Virus record (IMG/VR): IMGVR_UViG_3300015608_002132
Location: 49,039 to 113,038 of that record
Length of the DNA: 64,000 nucleotides
From: a virus
Taxonomy: Duplodnaviria; Caudoviricetes
Strand: one strand, 5' to 3'
A program made the translations under genes and the position numbers. The notes below the pieces were generated by a model. That model was not told the origin of the DNA and made no database searches. It saw only the letters and a list, made by a program, of their open reading frames with translations. Every line of letters begins with the position of its first letter. Within the stretch, counting starts at the first letter, position 1. This document shows positions 29,235 to 40,600 of this stretch, one piece after another.

Positions 29235-29447
29235 ATGAAGATTACAGTAAGAGAGCTCAAGCAACTGATTCGCGAGTCTGTAGAAGAGACGATGGCAGAG
29301 CTTGAAGGGGCGCCTGAAGTTGAGGTGCAAGCTGAAGAGAAGGCCATGGAGGAGCAGCTCCAAGAGGCGGTCGTGGCTGCTTACCGGGCTGGTATGAAGC
29401 GTGGATTGGCCAGGAATAAAGCCCAGCTGATTGGATGTGACCCATGA
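29235..29447 (+). CDS. small hypothetical protein (possible virion internal protein)
   Basis: MKITVRELKQLIRESV leader; shares its C-terminal motif with the next gene. Confidence 0.7.
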   Translation: MKITVRELKQLIRESVEETMAELEGAPEVEVQAEEKAMEEQLQEAVVAAYRAGMKRGLARNKAQLIGCDP

Positions 29448-30319
29448 AAATAACCATCACGCAACTCACACATCTCGTTTCCGAAGCGGTGCTCGATATT
29501 TTGGAGCAGGCACCACAGGCACCACAGGCAGCCAGCGCGCACACAACCACGCTGTCTGGCTTAACTGGTGGTACATATCGCGGCGACGGCGCCGGTGGCG
29601 GCGCGATAGACTCACCCATCAACAGATCGCTAAAGCCACTACAGGAGTACCTGAATTTACTGAACCAGCTGGCGCACGTAGCGGGCATTAGTGTTCGCGA
29701 ATATACCGGCATAGAAAACGCCCTCGCAGCGGCTGATTTAGCAGACGAAATGGACGATCCTGGCGCCGGGGCGATTGTGCATGCAGTCACCGAGCAGTAC
29801 AGGCGGTTACAGCCGTTTCAGAACGACTACCAAGTTCACCTAGACAGTATTACAACCAAGTCGCTGCAAGATATCATTAATAACCACAAGCAGATGATAG
29901 CTGCGGTGGAGACCAAGATACGGAGACTACAGCCATCAATCGATGAACAAGTAGCCAGGCTAAACACGCTAAAGACACACCATAATAAAAATGTGGCGCA
30001 AAAGGCTACCAAGCTATTATCCGCCCAGTTCAACGCCATGATCGGACAGTTGAAGAAATCGTTGCAGCAGATTACTGATCTTTTCAACACCGCAAAACCT
30101 AAGCTGGAATTGGCAATCAACAACTTTGTTGGCACACTACGCCAAGGCGCCACCAGCAAACAGACAACACTTAACGTGGTGCAGCCAAGTGGCGATATCA
30201 CAAATCGTGCATTGCGCGGAACGGTCGGAAGATTGCCAGAACAACTTCAGGAGACTATCGTAGCGGCTTACCGGGCTGGCATGAAGCGTGGACAAGAGCG
30301 CGCCAAGGCCAAGCGCTGA
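29444..30319 (+). CDS. coiled-coil hypothetical protein, paralog of 29235..29447
   Basis: MKITITQLTHLVSEAV at the start and QLQETIVAAYRAGMKRG at the end. Confidence 0.75.
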   Translation: MKITITQLTHLVSEAVLDILEQAPQAPQAASAHTTTLSGLTGGTYRGDGAGGGAIDSPINRSLKPLQEYLNLLNQLAHVAGISVREYTGIENALAAADLADEMDDPGAGAIVHAVTEQYRRLQPFQNDYQVHLDSITTKSLQDIINNHKQMIAAVETKIRRLQPSIDEQVARLNTLKTHHNKNVAQKATKLLSAQFNAMIGQLKKSLQQITDLFNTAKPKLELAINNFVGTLRQGATSKQTTLNVVQPSGDITNRALRGTVGRLPEQLQETIVAAYRAGMKRGQERAKAKR

Positions 30320-30325
30320 TCGCGA

Positions 30326-31087
30326 TCAGCCAGAGACGGCTGAACCAACACTGTCAAAGTGAACAGTATCCACCGCACCGTGCTTTCTAACCACATCTAA
30401 CATGAACGGCACCGGGTTCTTACCGCTTGGCCGGTCAAACCGTGCATAGACCAACTTCTCTGCCAACATGGGGCCTGCCGTGAGAATTTCCTTCTGGTAG
30501 TTTCTCGCGCCAACGTTCAGATATTTGGCGGCAGCATCCATGTTGAACACTATCGCATCTCTGTTGGGCTCTATATCACAGATGCAAACAACACAATATC
30601 CCAGCACACCATCGCCCTCAAAACGAGCCTGTTCAAACAATCTCTCTAGTGCCGCGATGTCATAAGTCCAACCGGTAAACGAGTCCTTTTGGAGAGGACG
30701 CACCTCAATGTTGCTGGCGATTCCTATCTTAGATGGTTTGGCTCCGATGAGGTTAGCCGCCGCTGACTCGTTCAGTCCTATGAGAATTCTGTATAGTTTG
30801 GTTGCTTCTGCCGGTGCTGCTGTGAACCGCTTGTACCAACCATTGCGACCAACCGTTATGAGGTCTGGTATTAGGTCGTTCATCTCTACTTTTCTGTTGA
30901 ACATCAAGTAGTTGGCCAGCGCCGCGTAGAGGTGCTTCTCCTCTTTGGTGTCCGGTTCGCGTGGGATTGGCTCACTAAACACGTCATGCCGTATCTCACC
31001 AAACAGGTAAGAGCCATACGGTGCGTCCGGTGGTGCTTCGACGGTTGTTGAATCCGACTCGTATAGCAGCTGAAAAATATCGATCAT
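30326..31087 (-). CDS. hypothetical protein
   Basis: 253-aa ORF with an MIDIFQLLYES leader. Confidence 0.65.
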   Translation of the reverse strand: MIDIFQLLYESDSTTVEAPPDAPYGSYLFGEIRHDVFSEPIPREPDTKEEKHLYAALANYLMFNRKVEMNDLIPDLITVGRNGWYKRFTAAPAEATKLYRILIGLNESAAANLIGAKPSKIGIASNIEVRPLQKDSFTGWTYDIAALERLFEQARFEGDGVLGYCVVCICDIEPNRDAIVFNMDAAAKYLNVGARNYQKEILTAGPMLAEKLVYARFDRPSGKNPVPFMLDVVRKHGAVDTVHFDSVGSAVSG

Positions 31088-31110
31088 GCCGAAAGATACC
31101 TATAGCAGAC

Positions 31111-32379
31111 ATGCCGACACCCTCAGCCACATTCAATACCACGCTAAGGCCAACACCGTTTGGTTTTTATGACCGATATACGCTGTTCCAGCAAGATGCT
31201 GACAACATGACGACATTCGTCCTTAGAATGCTCGGCGAAGACGTGCTTGGTGTCGAGTTAACGAAGCCCATGATCTGGTCTTGTTTTGAATCGGCCACCC
31301 GTGAGTTCAACGGGATGATGATCGAGTATCAAAACAAGTCAAACCTTGCTTCGCTACTGGGCATGCCAACCGGCAGCCTTGATGCAAACGGCAACAACAG
31401 CATCAACGTCACCAACATGTACGTGCAGCAGAACCTTGAGTTTCTCAGTGCGCTCGCCGCACCATATGCTGGTATTGTCGGTTATTCCCAAGCGGAGCAA
31501 ACGTATACTGGCTACATCTCACTAACCTCAGGCCAACAAGAGTACGACATCTACGACAGCCTCGTCGATGTTAGTGGCTCAAACCTGTTCGCCCAACAGC
31601 CTAGCGGCTCTGTGGGCGGGATGGAGGTTGTCGAGGTGTTTCACTCGGCCCCCGCACAATATCTCTTCAACAGCAACCTTGCTTCAAACTTTGTGGCCAC
31701 AGGGCTGCCTGTCGAGTCGTATATCCCTGATACGCGATTTTACGTTCTGCCGTTGTTTGAGGATGTTCTGCGTGGAGAGATGCTGAAGGAGGCGCAGAAG
31801 GTCAGGCGCTCACACTTCAGCTACAAGATCTCCGGTAGGAAGATACGGATCTACCCGACGCCGAACAACCTGAGGCCAGGGTACAACGACCGACTGTGGC
31901 TCAGGGTCAGGTTTGCTTCGTCACCGTTTCCTTCTATTGCCTCAACGATTGTCAATTCGGGATCGTCGTATAGCCCATCTGGGACAGGGTCTGGCGCGTC
32001 GTATCAGGAAGATAAGATATATGGCGCCAACAGCCCATTCAACACCCCATATGGGCCTCTGAACTACAATTCATTGAACATGTGGAGCCGTAACTGGATA
32101 GCTCAATACACACTGGCCCTAAGCACGGAATTGCTTGGCAAGGTGCGAAGCAAGTTTACCAACATTCCGATCCCGAATGCTGAGTTGCAGCTTGATGGTG
32201 ACAACCTGCGAACTCAAGGCCGAGAAGACAAGGAAAAGCTGATCACGGCGCTACGAGAAACACTGGAGGGTTTGACATATGACAAACTGGCCGAGATGGA
32301 GGCATCAAAAGCCGAGCAGATGGTCAAACAGCTGTCATACGTACCGATTCCGCCGAAATACAGTATTGGCATATTCTGA
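31111..32379 (+). CDS. neck / head-tail adaptor protein (gp13-like)
   Basis: LRMLG..VLGVELT, IRIYPTP, WIAQYTLALS.ELLGKVRSKF..IP and LDG, plus its position in the gene order. Confidence 0.8.
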   Translation: MPTPSATFNTTLRPTPFGFYDRYTLFQQDADNMTTFVLRMLGEDVLGVELTKPMIWSCFESATREFNGMMIEYQNKSNLASLLGMPTGSLDANGNNSINVTNMYVQQNLEFLSALAAPYAGIVGYSQAEQTYTGYISLTSGQQEYDIYDSLVDVSGSNLFAQQPSGSVGGMEVVEVFHSAPAQYLFNSNLASNFVATGLPVESYIPDTRFYVLPLFEDVLRGEMLKEAQKVRRSHFSYKISGRKIRIYPTPNNLRPGYNDRLWLRVRFASSPFPSIASTIVNSGSSYSPSGTGSGASYQEDKIYGANSPFNTPYGPLNYNSLNMWSRNWIAQYTLALSTELLGKVRSKFTNIPIPNAELQLDGDNLRTQGREDKEKLITALRETLEGLTYDKLAEMEASKAEQMVKQLSYVPIPPKYSIGIF

Positions 32380-32400
32380 TTGCCGAGATGAGGTAACCAA

Positions 32401-33123
32401 ATGGCTAGACTGTTCATAGGACGACGTGAAATTCAGTTCATCAACGACCTGACAAAAGAGTTTATCAAGGATGTTGTCGGGCAAGTGATTCATTATTTCC
32501 CTGTGTCCGTTATCAAAAGCAGGGTGCACGGGCTGTACAACGAGTCAACAGAGAAGGTGTTTGACAACCCAATCAAAGTGCCAGCTTTGGTAGGACAACC
32601 GGAATGGTCAAGCAAGACAACGTCATTTGGCCCAGACCTGGAATCCCGTCTTGAGGTTATGATTCAAGCAAGAGACCTTGCCGATAAAGGCATCAAGCTA
32701 TCGGAAGGCGACATGTTCACGTTCGACGATGTGCTGTATGAGATTTTGACGTACGTCAACATGAACAACATATTCGGCATGGCCGAGTACGACGTGTCAT
32801 GGAAGATAACGGCCAAGTCTGCACGCCTCGGTCAGATGGATCCAGCATCGATTCCACTACCCAGAAAAGCACCAGATGGCGAACAGGTCGTGTTCGAGCA
32901 ACAGAGAGGGTTGCCCATCACGAGTGATGGGGAAGCCACTGGCGATATCAGAGAAATGCGCCAACGTCTATCAAAAGACATGGCGCCCGTTGCTCTTGGT
33001 ACCGGCGCTAGAAGGGTTGAGCCAAACACCGGCGATGATGGTGACTTCATCCAGGGCTCTGATGCATCTTCATTTAACAATGACCCTCCTCCTCCAAAGA
33101 AGGGCATATATGACGACGAGTAG
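32401..33123 (+). CDS. neck protein (gp14-like)
   Basis: LYNES..KVF and EGDMF...YEI, between the gp13-like and gp15-like genes. Confidence 0.7.
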   Translation: MARLFIGRREIQFINDLTKEFIKDVVGQVIHYFPVSVIKSRVHGLYNESTEKVFDNPIKVPALVGQPEWSSKTTSFGPDLESRLEVMIQARDLADKGIKLSEGDMFTFDDVLYEILTYVNMNNIFGMAEYDVSWKITAKSARLGQMDPASIPLPRKAPDGEQVVFEQQRGLPITSDGEATGDIREMRQRLSKDMAPVALGTGARRVEPNTGDDGDFIQGSDASSFNNDPPPPKKGIYDDE

Positions 33124-33155
33124 TATGTTTGCTAGTTAACACATGACAAAACGCC

Positions 33156-34385
33156 ATGCCTGATAGCAACTCCAACAATTCTACGAGGCAAAGCGTACCA
33201 CTACAACCAGAAGGCGTCGAGCAGCTACCCACCGGATATGCCGTTGATGGCAACGACCCGTCAACGTTCTATATTCCTGCTTGTGGTTTAGAAGATGTCG
33301 ACACGGCAGTTCGTGACTTGTTCGACAAGGACATGAAGTTTCGTGATTACCAGTCAGTAGCTGGAGCCCAAAAACAGATCAACCTCAAAAAGCCACCGGT
33401 GATCTTCGCGGCCGGTGAGAGGTTTGCTCTTGCTAAGGCATTGAAGCCGTTCCGTGATAGAAACGGCGTGCTGACTCCACCGATAATCTCTATTCGACGC
33501 ACCGGGCTCGAACAGCAATCGTCTGACACCTTCCTTGGAGAACTTACTATCAAGAAGCGATTAGATGGCGGCGACAAGGATTACCAACAGCTGCTTAATC
33601 GTCTTCTATTGAAACACGGGCCTACTCCTGTGCCAAGCAGTCTAAGGACATCTGTGGGCGCCAGTGCCGGGTTACCATCAATTCGCGCCGGTATGCTTCT
33701 TGATGACACCGACCCACGACTCATGTCAGACCACGTTTACGAGGTCATCAAGATACCATTTCCTCAATTTTTTACAGCAACGTACGAGATAACCTATTGG
33801 ACCAGCTATACGTCGCACATGAACTATCTCGTGCAGACAACCCTGGCCAACCAGATGGCTCCTGGCAAGGGGTTCTATCTCAAATCTGATAAGGGATACT
33901 GGTTTACAGGCATTTTGGACGAGGCAATCAACTACAACGACAACTTTGATGATATGACCGACGAGGAGCGCATCATCAAAAACACGTTCACTATGAAGGT
34001 GCGAGGTTTCCTTTTGGCTTCTCAAGGGCCTGGGCAACGTGTGCCATTCAAACGATACCTTTCGGCCGTAAACATATCATTTGAGACTGTGTCATACGAT
34101 GGTGATGTGCAGGAGCTGGCCGATTCCGAACGGTATCAAGGTACCAAATCGGGCAAAACTAGCACAAGCGCGTTTGTCCTGTCAGATATTGAACAGGCAT
34201 CGACCAAACAGAAACCAACCGTGAAAGACAGGTTCTTGTTTCGTCGTGAGACGATCGACCGTACCACAGGTGCGCGCAGTACCCAATATGTTCGTCAGAC
34301 GGATTCAAACGAGAAACAGGGCGAGACCGTATACACGGCCTCCGATGAGATAGCTCTGGCCCAGTTCTTCCTCGATCGAAAATAG
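33156..34385 (+). CDS. tail terminator / sheath stabilizer (gp15-like)
   Basis: LEDVD.AV, GERF, PIISIRR, YEITYWT....MN and RIIKNTF, immediately upstream of the sheath genes. Confidence 0.7.
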   Translation: MPDSNSNNSTRQSVPLQPEGVEQLPTGYAVDGNDPSTFYIPACGLEDVDTAVRDLFDKDMKFRDYQSVAGAQKQINLKKPPVIFAAGERFALAKALKPFRDRNGVLTPPIISIRRTGLEQQSSDTFLGELTIKKRLDGGDKDYQQLLNRLLLKHGPTPVPSSLRTSVGASAGLPSIRAGMLLDDTDPRLMSDHVYEVIKIPFPQFFTATYEITYWTSYTSHMNYLVQTTLANQMAPGKGFYLKSDKGYWFTGILDEAINYNDNFDDMTDEERIIKNTFTMKVRGFLLASQGPGQRVPFKRYLSAVNISFETVSYDGDVQELADSERYQGTKSGKTSTSAFVLSDIEQASTKQKPTVKDRFLFRRETIDRTTGARSTQYVRQTDSNEKQGETVYTASDEIALAQFFLDRK

Positions 34386-34494
34386 ACCGGTCGAGTAAGT
34401 ATAGCGTCGCACAAATCCGACGACTTTGGATTACGGGTCCTTTCCTCTACTTAATCCGTAGACCTTTCTACGGCTATAAGCAAGGAAACCCATC

Positions 34495-37400
34495 ATGCCA
34501 GAAACAGTTCTGAAGGCCCCGAATTACTTTGACCGCGAGTTCGATCTGACAGAGAGGACCACGCCAGTTGGTGGAGTTCCAATTACCATCATTGGCGCTG
34601 CACAGAAGGGGCCTGCATTCGTTCCCGTGACTGTCGGCAGCTATTCTGACTTTGAGGACAAGTTCGGCCCAGTGGATCCTAAAATGGCCGGAACTTACGG
34701 CGTCCAAAAGTTCCTAGAGGCCAAAGGCCAGGAGATCGCGTCGGTCAACTATATTCGCGTACTCGGCTGTGGTGCGAACAGTAGCTCTGTCGAAATTTCC
34801 GATGCAAAGCAATATGGCATTGTCACAAATGCTGGTATGCTCGTTAACTGGCCGCGCACAGGAGCCACCACGTTCCTATCCGGTGCGCGTCAAGGTACGG
34901 TACAGTTCCTCGTTGCCAAACATGAGGTCGCGACAAACGAGGCGTTTGGTTACCCAGACTTCACAAACAACAACAGCTATCAAGTCGGCGGTGTGGCTTC
35001 TGATCAGGTCAACTTGGTTCGCGCTGTGCTGTTCACCACATCGGATGCCCGATTCATGGTGCTGAGTGGTGCGGTTGGTTCAATCTTCGATCGTGCCACA
35101 TTTGACGCAGGCACGGAGAACTATGAGTCGGCCAAGGTCGGTACGGAAGGCTTACTGGTAAACAAGTTCAAGCTGATCTTGTCGTCATCGGACGGTTCTA
35201 GCTTTGCGTCGGACGACGGTCTTGCTGGACTCAAGGTCTTCACGGCCAGCCTCGATCCAAGCTCCAACCAGTACATCAGCAAGATCCTGAACACAAACCC
35301 AGAGAACTTTGCCAGCAAGAAGCACCTCTTGTACTTGCATTACCCAGTTGACAATGAGGTGGCAGCGCTGAGTGCCAGCAACTCTACTCCTACTGTGGCC
35401 GTGCTGTCTGGTTCAGCCAACACGAACAGCCTGGACGTGACGTGGAGCGACGCGTTTGGCTGGTATAACACGAGGTATACCGCGGCCAAGAGCCCTTACT
35501 TTATTTCGCAGCCGTTTGGTAATGTAGAGTATGACCTGTTCTACGCGGAAGCACTTGATGATGGTGAGTATGCAAACTCTCGGTACAAGCTGAGCATCTC
35601 AAACCTGCTGGCGTCGACTAACCCGAACACAAAGTACGGCACGTTTAGCCTGCTTGTAAGGGCGTTCAACGACAGCGATACGGACCCGCAAGTCCTTGAA
35701 GTGTTCAACAACCTGAGCTTGGATCCGACCAGCGACAACTATGTCATCAAGGTGGTCGGCGACAAGAAGGCCGTGTTTAACTTCGACGCAACCGACAGCT
35801 CTGACCGCGGTATACGTGTCACTGGCCGGTACAACAACAGGTCCCGGTTCATTCGACTTGTGCCGAGCGCACAACTGGAATCTGGCGAAGTTCCAGAGAA
35901 GGCGTTGCCTTTCGGTTTCCGTGGGCCTCGCGTACCGCTGACCAACGTCGCGCTAACAGACAAGACCGGCAGCGTTGCCTTGACACTTTCGCGCATCACT
36001 GGTGTGTCGTCAAGCGCTGCTGGCGGCGGTGCTGCTATGTCTGGTGCAATTGTACCACCAGTTCCATTCCGATTCACCGTCACGCGCAACAGCTTGGCAA
36101 CGGCTGGTATGGCCGGTGCGCCAGGAACGCAAACCATCACAGATGGCAGGCTGTACTGGGGTGTTAAGTTTGAGCGCAATGACAATAGCGTTCTGAACGT
36201 TAACGCGAATGAGGAAATCAACCAGATCGTTGAGAACTTTGCTAAGTTCTCCGGAATTGAGTCCTTTGATGTGTTGGCTACCGGCTCTAACGCCGACTCA
36301 CTCAACAACAACAAGTTCTCACTCGGCAATGTTGCCTTGTCGGTGACTAGCTTGGCCAACATCACAGGCTCCGTTTCGCAGCATATGCGTGAGGCCGCAT
36401 ACCTTCGTAATGCCACACTCGATCCAACCTCATATGTTGCGACAAACTACAGCAACCGCATTACATTTGCTACGCTCCTGAACTCTGGCAGCGTTACGCA
36501 GTTCAATGGATTCTCACCATTTGCCAAGTTCACAACCTTCATGCAAGGCGGTTGGGATGGCACAAACATCTTCGACAAGAACGCGGCCAAGTTCACCGAC
36601 CGGTCAACTTCTACAGAGACCGGTGATTCTGGCTATGGCGTTGCCAACACAAGCTACTCATCTCCCGGTGCAGTAACCGGTACCAACTATACCGGCACAG
36701 GAGAGTCTAACAGCAACGTGGTTGCATATCGAACAGCAGTTGATATTGCCACGAACCCCTCCATCGCCAACTGCAACATCTTGGCAATTCCAGGTCAGCG
36801 CGATCCGCTGGTCACAGATTATGCCTTGGAAAAGAACCTTGAGTACGGCCTGTCTTTCTATCTGATGGACATTCAACAGTATACGTCAGACGGAACCGCA
36901 ACTGGTCGTATATTCGACGGCGACACGTCCCTAGTGCCATCGATCACACAGACCGCAAACGCGTTCACAAACCGTGCACTTGACAACAATGCCGCGGCGG
37001 CCTACTTCCCAAACTTCAGCATGGAAGATACAGTCAACACGCGTCGCGTAACGGTTCCAGCATCGATCGCGGCGATCTCGGCGTTGTCGTATAACGATCG
37101 CGTCAAGTTCCCTTCGTGGGCGCCTGCCGGGTTTGACCGTGGATCTCTTGGGTTTGTCGCCCAGACGGCCGTGAAGATCAACCAGACAGAGCGTAACGCC
37201 CTGTTTGACGCAAACATCAACCCGATCGTCAAGTTCCCAGGCGCCAGCTACGTGTTTATGTCGCAGAACACGCTACAGCAAGCCGAAACAGCGCTTGAGT
37301 CGATCAATGTGAAGCGCATGGTTCTCGATATCAAGCGGCAGATTGTTGAAATTGGTAACCGGTTGATGTTCGACCAGAACACACCGGCAGCCAGGAAGCG

Positions 37401-37611
37401 GTTTGTCGATGAGGCAAGCCTTGTGTTGGCAGCGGTTCAGACACAACAGGGTATTGAGAAGTTTGCGGTGATTTGCGATGAGCGCAACAACACTGCGAAC
37501 GATGTCAACAGCAACAGACTCAACGCACAGATACGCGTTCTGCCGACGCGTGCAATCGAATACGTGATCATGGACTTCGTGGTCCTACCTTCCGGTGTTC
37601 TCATTCCCTGA
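34495..37611 (+). CDS. contractile tail sheath protein 1 (gp18-like)
   Basis: KGPAFVPVTV, WAPAGFDRG, INPIVKFPG, INVKRM and PTRAIEYVIMDF. Confidence 0.92.
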   Translation: MPETVLKAPNYFDREFDLTERTTPVGGVPITIIGAAQKGPAFVPVTVGSYSDFEDKFGPVDPKMAGTYGVQKFLEAKGQEIASVNYIRVLGCGANSSSVEISDAKQYGIVTNAGMLVNWPRTGATTFLSGARQGTVQFLVAKHEVATNEAFGYPDFTNNNSYQVGGVASDQVNLVRAVLFTTSDARFMVLSGAVGSIFDRATFDAGTENYESAKVGTEGLLVNKFKLILSSSDGSSFASDDGLAGLKVFTASLDPSSNQYISKILNTNPENFASKKHLLYLHYPVDNEVAALSASNSTPTVAVLSGSANTNSLDVTWSDAFGWYNTRYTAAKSPYFISQPFGNVEYDLFYAEALDDGEYANSRYKLSISNLLASTNPNTKYGTFSLLVRAFNDSDTDPQVLEVFNNLSLDPTSDNYVIKVVGDKKAVFNFDATDSSDRGIRVTGRYNNRSRFIRLVPSAQLESGEVPEKALPFGFRGPRVPLTNVALTDKTGSVALTLSRITGVSSSAAGGGAAMSGAIVPPVPFRFTVTRNSLATAGMAGAPGTQTITDGRLYWGVKFERNDNSVLNVNANEEINQIVENFAKFSGIESFDVLATGSNADSLNNNKFSLGNVALSVTSLANITGSVSQHMREAAYLRNATLDPTSYVATNYSNRITFATLLNSGSVTQFNGFSPFAKFTTFMQGGWDGTNIFDKNAAKFTDRSTSTETGDSGYGVANTSYSSPGAVTGTNYTGTGESNSNVVAYRTAVDIATNPSIANCNILAIPGQRDPLVTDYALEKNLEYGLSFYLMDIQQYTSDGTATGRIFDGDTSLVPSITQTANAFTNRALDNNAAAAYFPNFSMEDTVNTRRVTVPASIAAISALSYNDRVKFPSWAPAGFDRGSLGFVAQTAVKINQTERNALFDANINPIVKFPGASYVFMSQNTLQQAETALESINVKRMVLDIKRQIVEIGNRLMFDQNTPAARKRFVDEASLVLAAVQTQQGIEKFAVICDERNNTANDVNSNRLNAQIRVLPTRAIEYVIMDFVVLPSGVLIP

Positions 37612-37693
37612 CCATATAGCAGTTTTCAGCTCCGGTTCTACTTAATGGTAATCTTGCGACCCCCGCTAGGTTAGCCGGAGCTAGAAAACACAA

Positions 37694-40600
37694 ATGCCTA
37701 TCTTCCAAAGCCCAGGCGTCAACGCCAGCGAAATCGATTCGAGTGCTCCAGCCGTAAGGACACCTTCTGGTGTGCCATCATGTGTTATTTCGCCAACAGC
37801 CAAAGGGCCTGCGTTTATCCCGACACAAGTCACAACACTGTCTGATTACGCGTCCGTGTTTGGTGGCATTAATAGCAACACACCACACGGATACCTTACG
37901 GCCAGGGAATGGTTCACCAACACGGCTGTACCTTTGGTTCAGGTAAGAGTGCTCGGCGCCGGTGATGGTAAGACGCGCAATGCCGATGGGACAGTAACAA
38001 ACGCTGGGTTTGTTGTTGGTTCGCAGCAGCCGGTCGAGAGCAGCGATGGCATTCTCGGCAACAACCAATACGCAAACTCTACCGGCGTAACCGGCAGCGT
38101 TTATTTCCTTGGCTGTTTCATGTCGCAATCTGCTGGGTCTACGGTGTTTTCTGACGCCGGTCTGCAAAGTTCAACTACCGCAGTACCGATCGTTCGTGGT
38201 GTTCTATTTGCCCCTTCTGGTGTTGTGATTCGCCTTTCGTCTGCGGCGCAGCTAAGCCATGCGCCAGATGCCGACTTCGTTGCAACAGAAACAGCGTTTT
38301 CTGGTGGTTTTACCGGCTCTGTAGACCTCGGCACCGGCAACCAGACGTTCGTGCTCATATTGAACGGTCACAAGGGAACTGATTCACGCTATCCAAACAC
38401 TGTCACAGCCAGCTTTGACCCACAAGCGGCCAACTACTTCAGCTCCGTGTTCAACACTGACCCGCTTAAGACTCAAGAGGCTGGTCACTTGCTCTATGGG
38501 CACTTTGACATCTTCTCGTCGTTCGCAGTGCCAACTGGCTCTGGCGTTGTTGTAGCTGCTTCCGGGTCCACGTACGGCAACAAACAAAACATTGCGTTCG
38601 TTGTTCCGGGATCCGGATCCGGTGGTGTTCACACGTCCAATACGGGTTCAACCATTACGCCGAACTACGAGGGCTTCCGTGATCGTTACGCCACGGCTGT
38701 TTCGCCCTGGGTGATATCGCAAGGGTTTGGTGGTTCGTACAGCAACCTGTTTAGGTTCCATCACCTGTCGGATGGTGAGTCTGGCAACATGGCCGTCAAG
38801 ATATCCATCCTGAACATTCAGCCGGGAACAGCAACTCAGCCATATGGCGTGTTTGATGTTCTCATTCGTGATGCGAATGACCGGGACGAGTCCGGCACAA
38901 TGAAGATCCTTGAGGCGTTCACGAACTGTTCGTTGAACCCATCAAACCCGAACTACATTGGCAAGAAGATCGGCACGACTCACAACCGATTTGAGTTTGA
39001 TGCATCCGAGGCCGAACAGAAGATTCAAACGACGGGTGATTATCCGAACCGTTCGCGGTATGTGCGCGTTGAGATAGCCGCCGATGTAGACGCAGCCGAG
39101 CTAGATTCGAGTGCGGTACCGTTCGGCTTCAGAGGTCCGCAGCACCTCGTCACCGCAGGCTCATCGTCACTATACAACATCAAGCATGGGGACTTGCTGA
39201 ACCCGTCATTCCCATACTTTGACACCGGTTTGGGCAACGTACCTCTGTACAAGGCCGTACAACCACCTGTGCCGATGAGACTGAACCTTAAGAAGTCCGC
39301 GGCGTCGTCTGGCGTAGACACGAACCTGTTTTGGGGCGTTCAGTTCCAGAACCAAGTCACGGTTTCAGACCCCAACGGCAGCTCGACCGCGAACGACAGC
39401 CTGAGTGGTTATACCAAGTTCTATCCTAACTTCGACCTGTCATCGAACGTGCAGTTTGCTGTTTTTGATAACACGGGGGTCGTTGACACCACAAGCTCCT
39501 GGGTTCTTGATAGTGATCGATTCAACAACAACCTGTTCTCGCTAGAGAAGGTAAAGGTTGTCACAGGCAGCAACGCACTCCCGTCCGTCACCAGCACGGC
39601 ACTGCTTAGCTGGTCTTACGTACGCAGCGGTAGCATCCCAAGTGACGAGGCCACGAAGACACGAGCGCTGGCTGTTTCAGACCTTGACGGCAACGCATCG
39701 GTCCAAGCACTTGCCAAGTTCTCGTTCTATCTGGAGCGTGGGTTTGATGGTGTCAACGTCTTTGATGCCAACACACGGTACATGAAGAATGCCGCGGCGG
39801 CACAAGAGATTGCGCAAGCAACTCGCGGCCTCACAGACGGCCCGACCGTGCAAGGGTACATGAAGTCGCTTGGCTTGATTGCAGATGTCAATGATGTCGA
39901 CGTGCAACTCCTCAGTGTGCCTGGGATTCGAGTGCCATATATCACGGACAACGCGATATCAACCGTTGAGCAATCACGGTTTGACTGCTTCTACGTCATG
40001 GACTCAGAGCAGTATGACACTCTTGGGAACAACATCACGGGTTCTTATAGTGATGTAAGCGTTACACAGACGGCACTGAACTTCGTTACTCGTGGTGTAA
40101 ACAGCAGCTTTGCCGCAACGTACTTTCCGGACGTCAACATCCGGATGGACAACGGCGTTGTATACGAGAAAATGCCGCCATCCGTGGCCGTGTTTGGGGC
40201 ATATGGGAGGAACGATGCGGTGGCCCAGCCGTTTAATGCGCCAGCCGGTTATACGCGTGGCAGACTTGGGAACGTTACGGACTTCGCCGTCAACCTCGAC
40301 AAGAGGGCAGCAGACACGCTCTACGTGGCACGAATCAACCCTCTGATGAGCAAAGCCGGGGTTGGTCCTGTCGTGTGGGGTCAAAAGACACTTCTCAACA
40401 AGGAGTCACTGCTCAACCGCGTCAACGTTCGTCGTCTCCTCATAGCAGTCCGTAGGGAAGTGAGGAAGGTTGGCAACAAGTTCATCTTCGAGCCTGCAAG
40501 GGAAGCGACGCTCAAGTCGTTCAATGCAGCCGTGCAGCCGATCCTACAACGTTATCAGGCTGCTGGTGGTGTCGAGAAATACAAGATTGCAATCGACACA

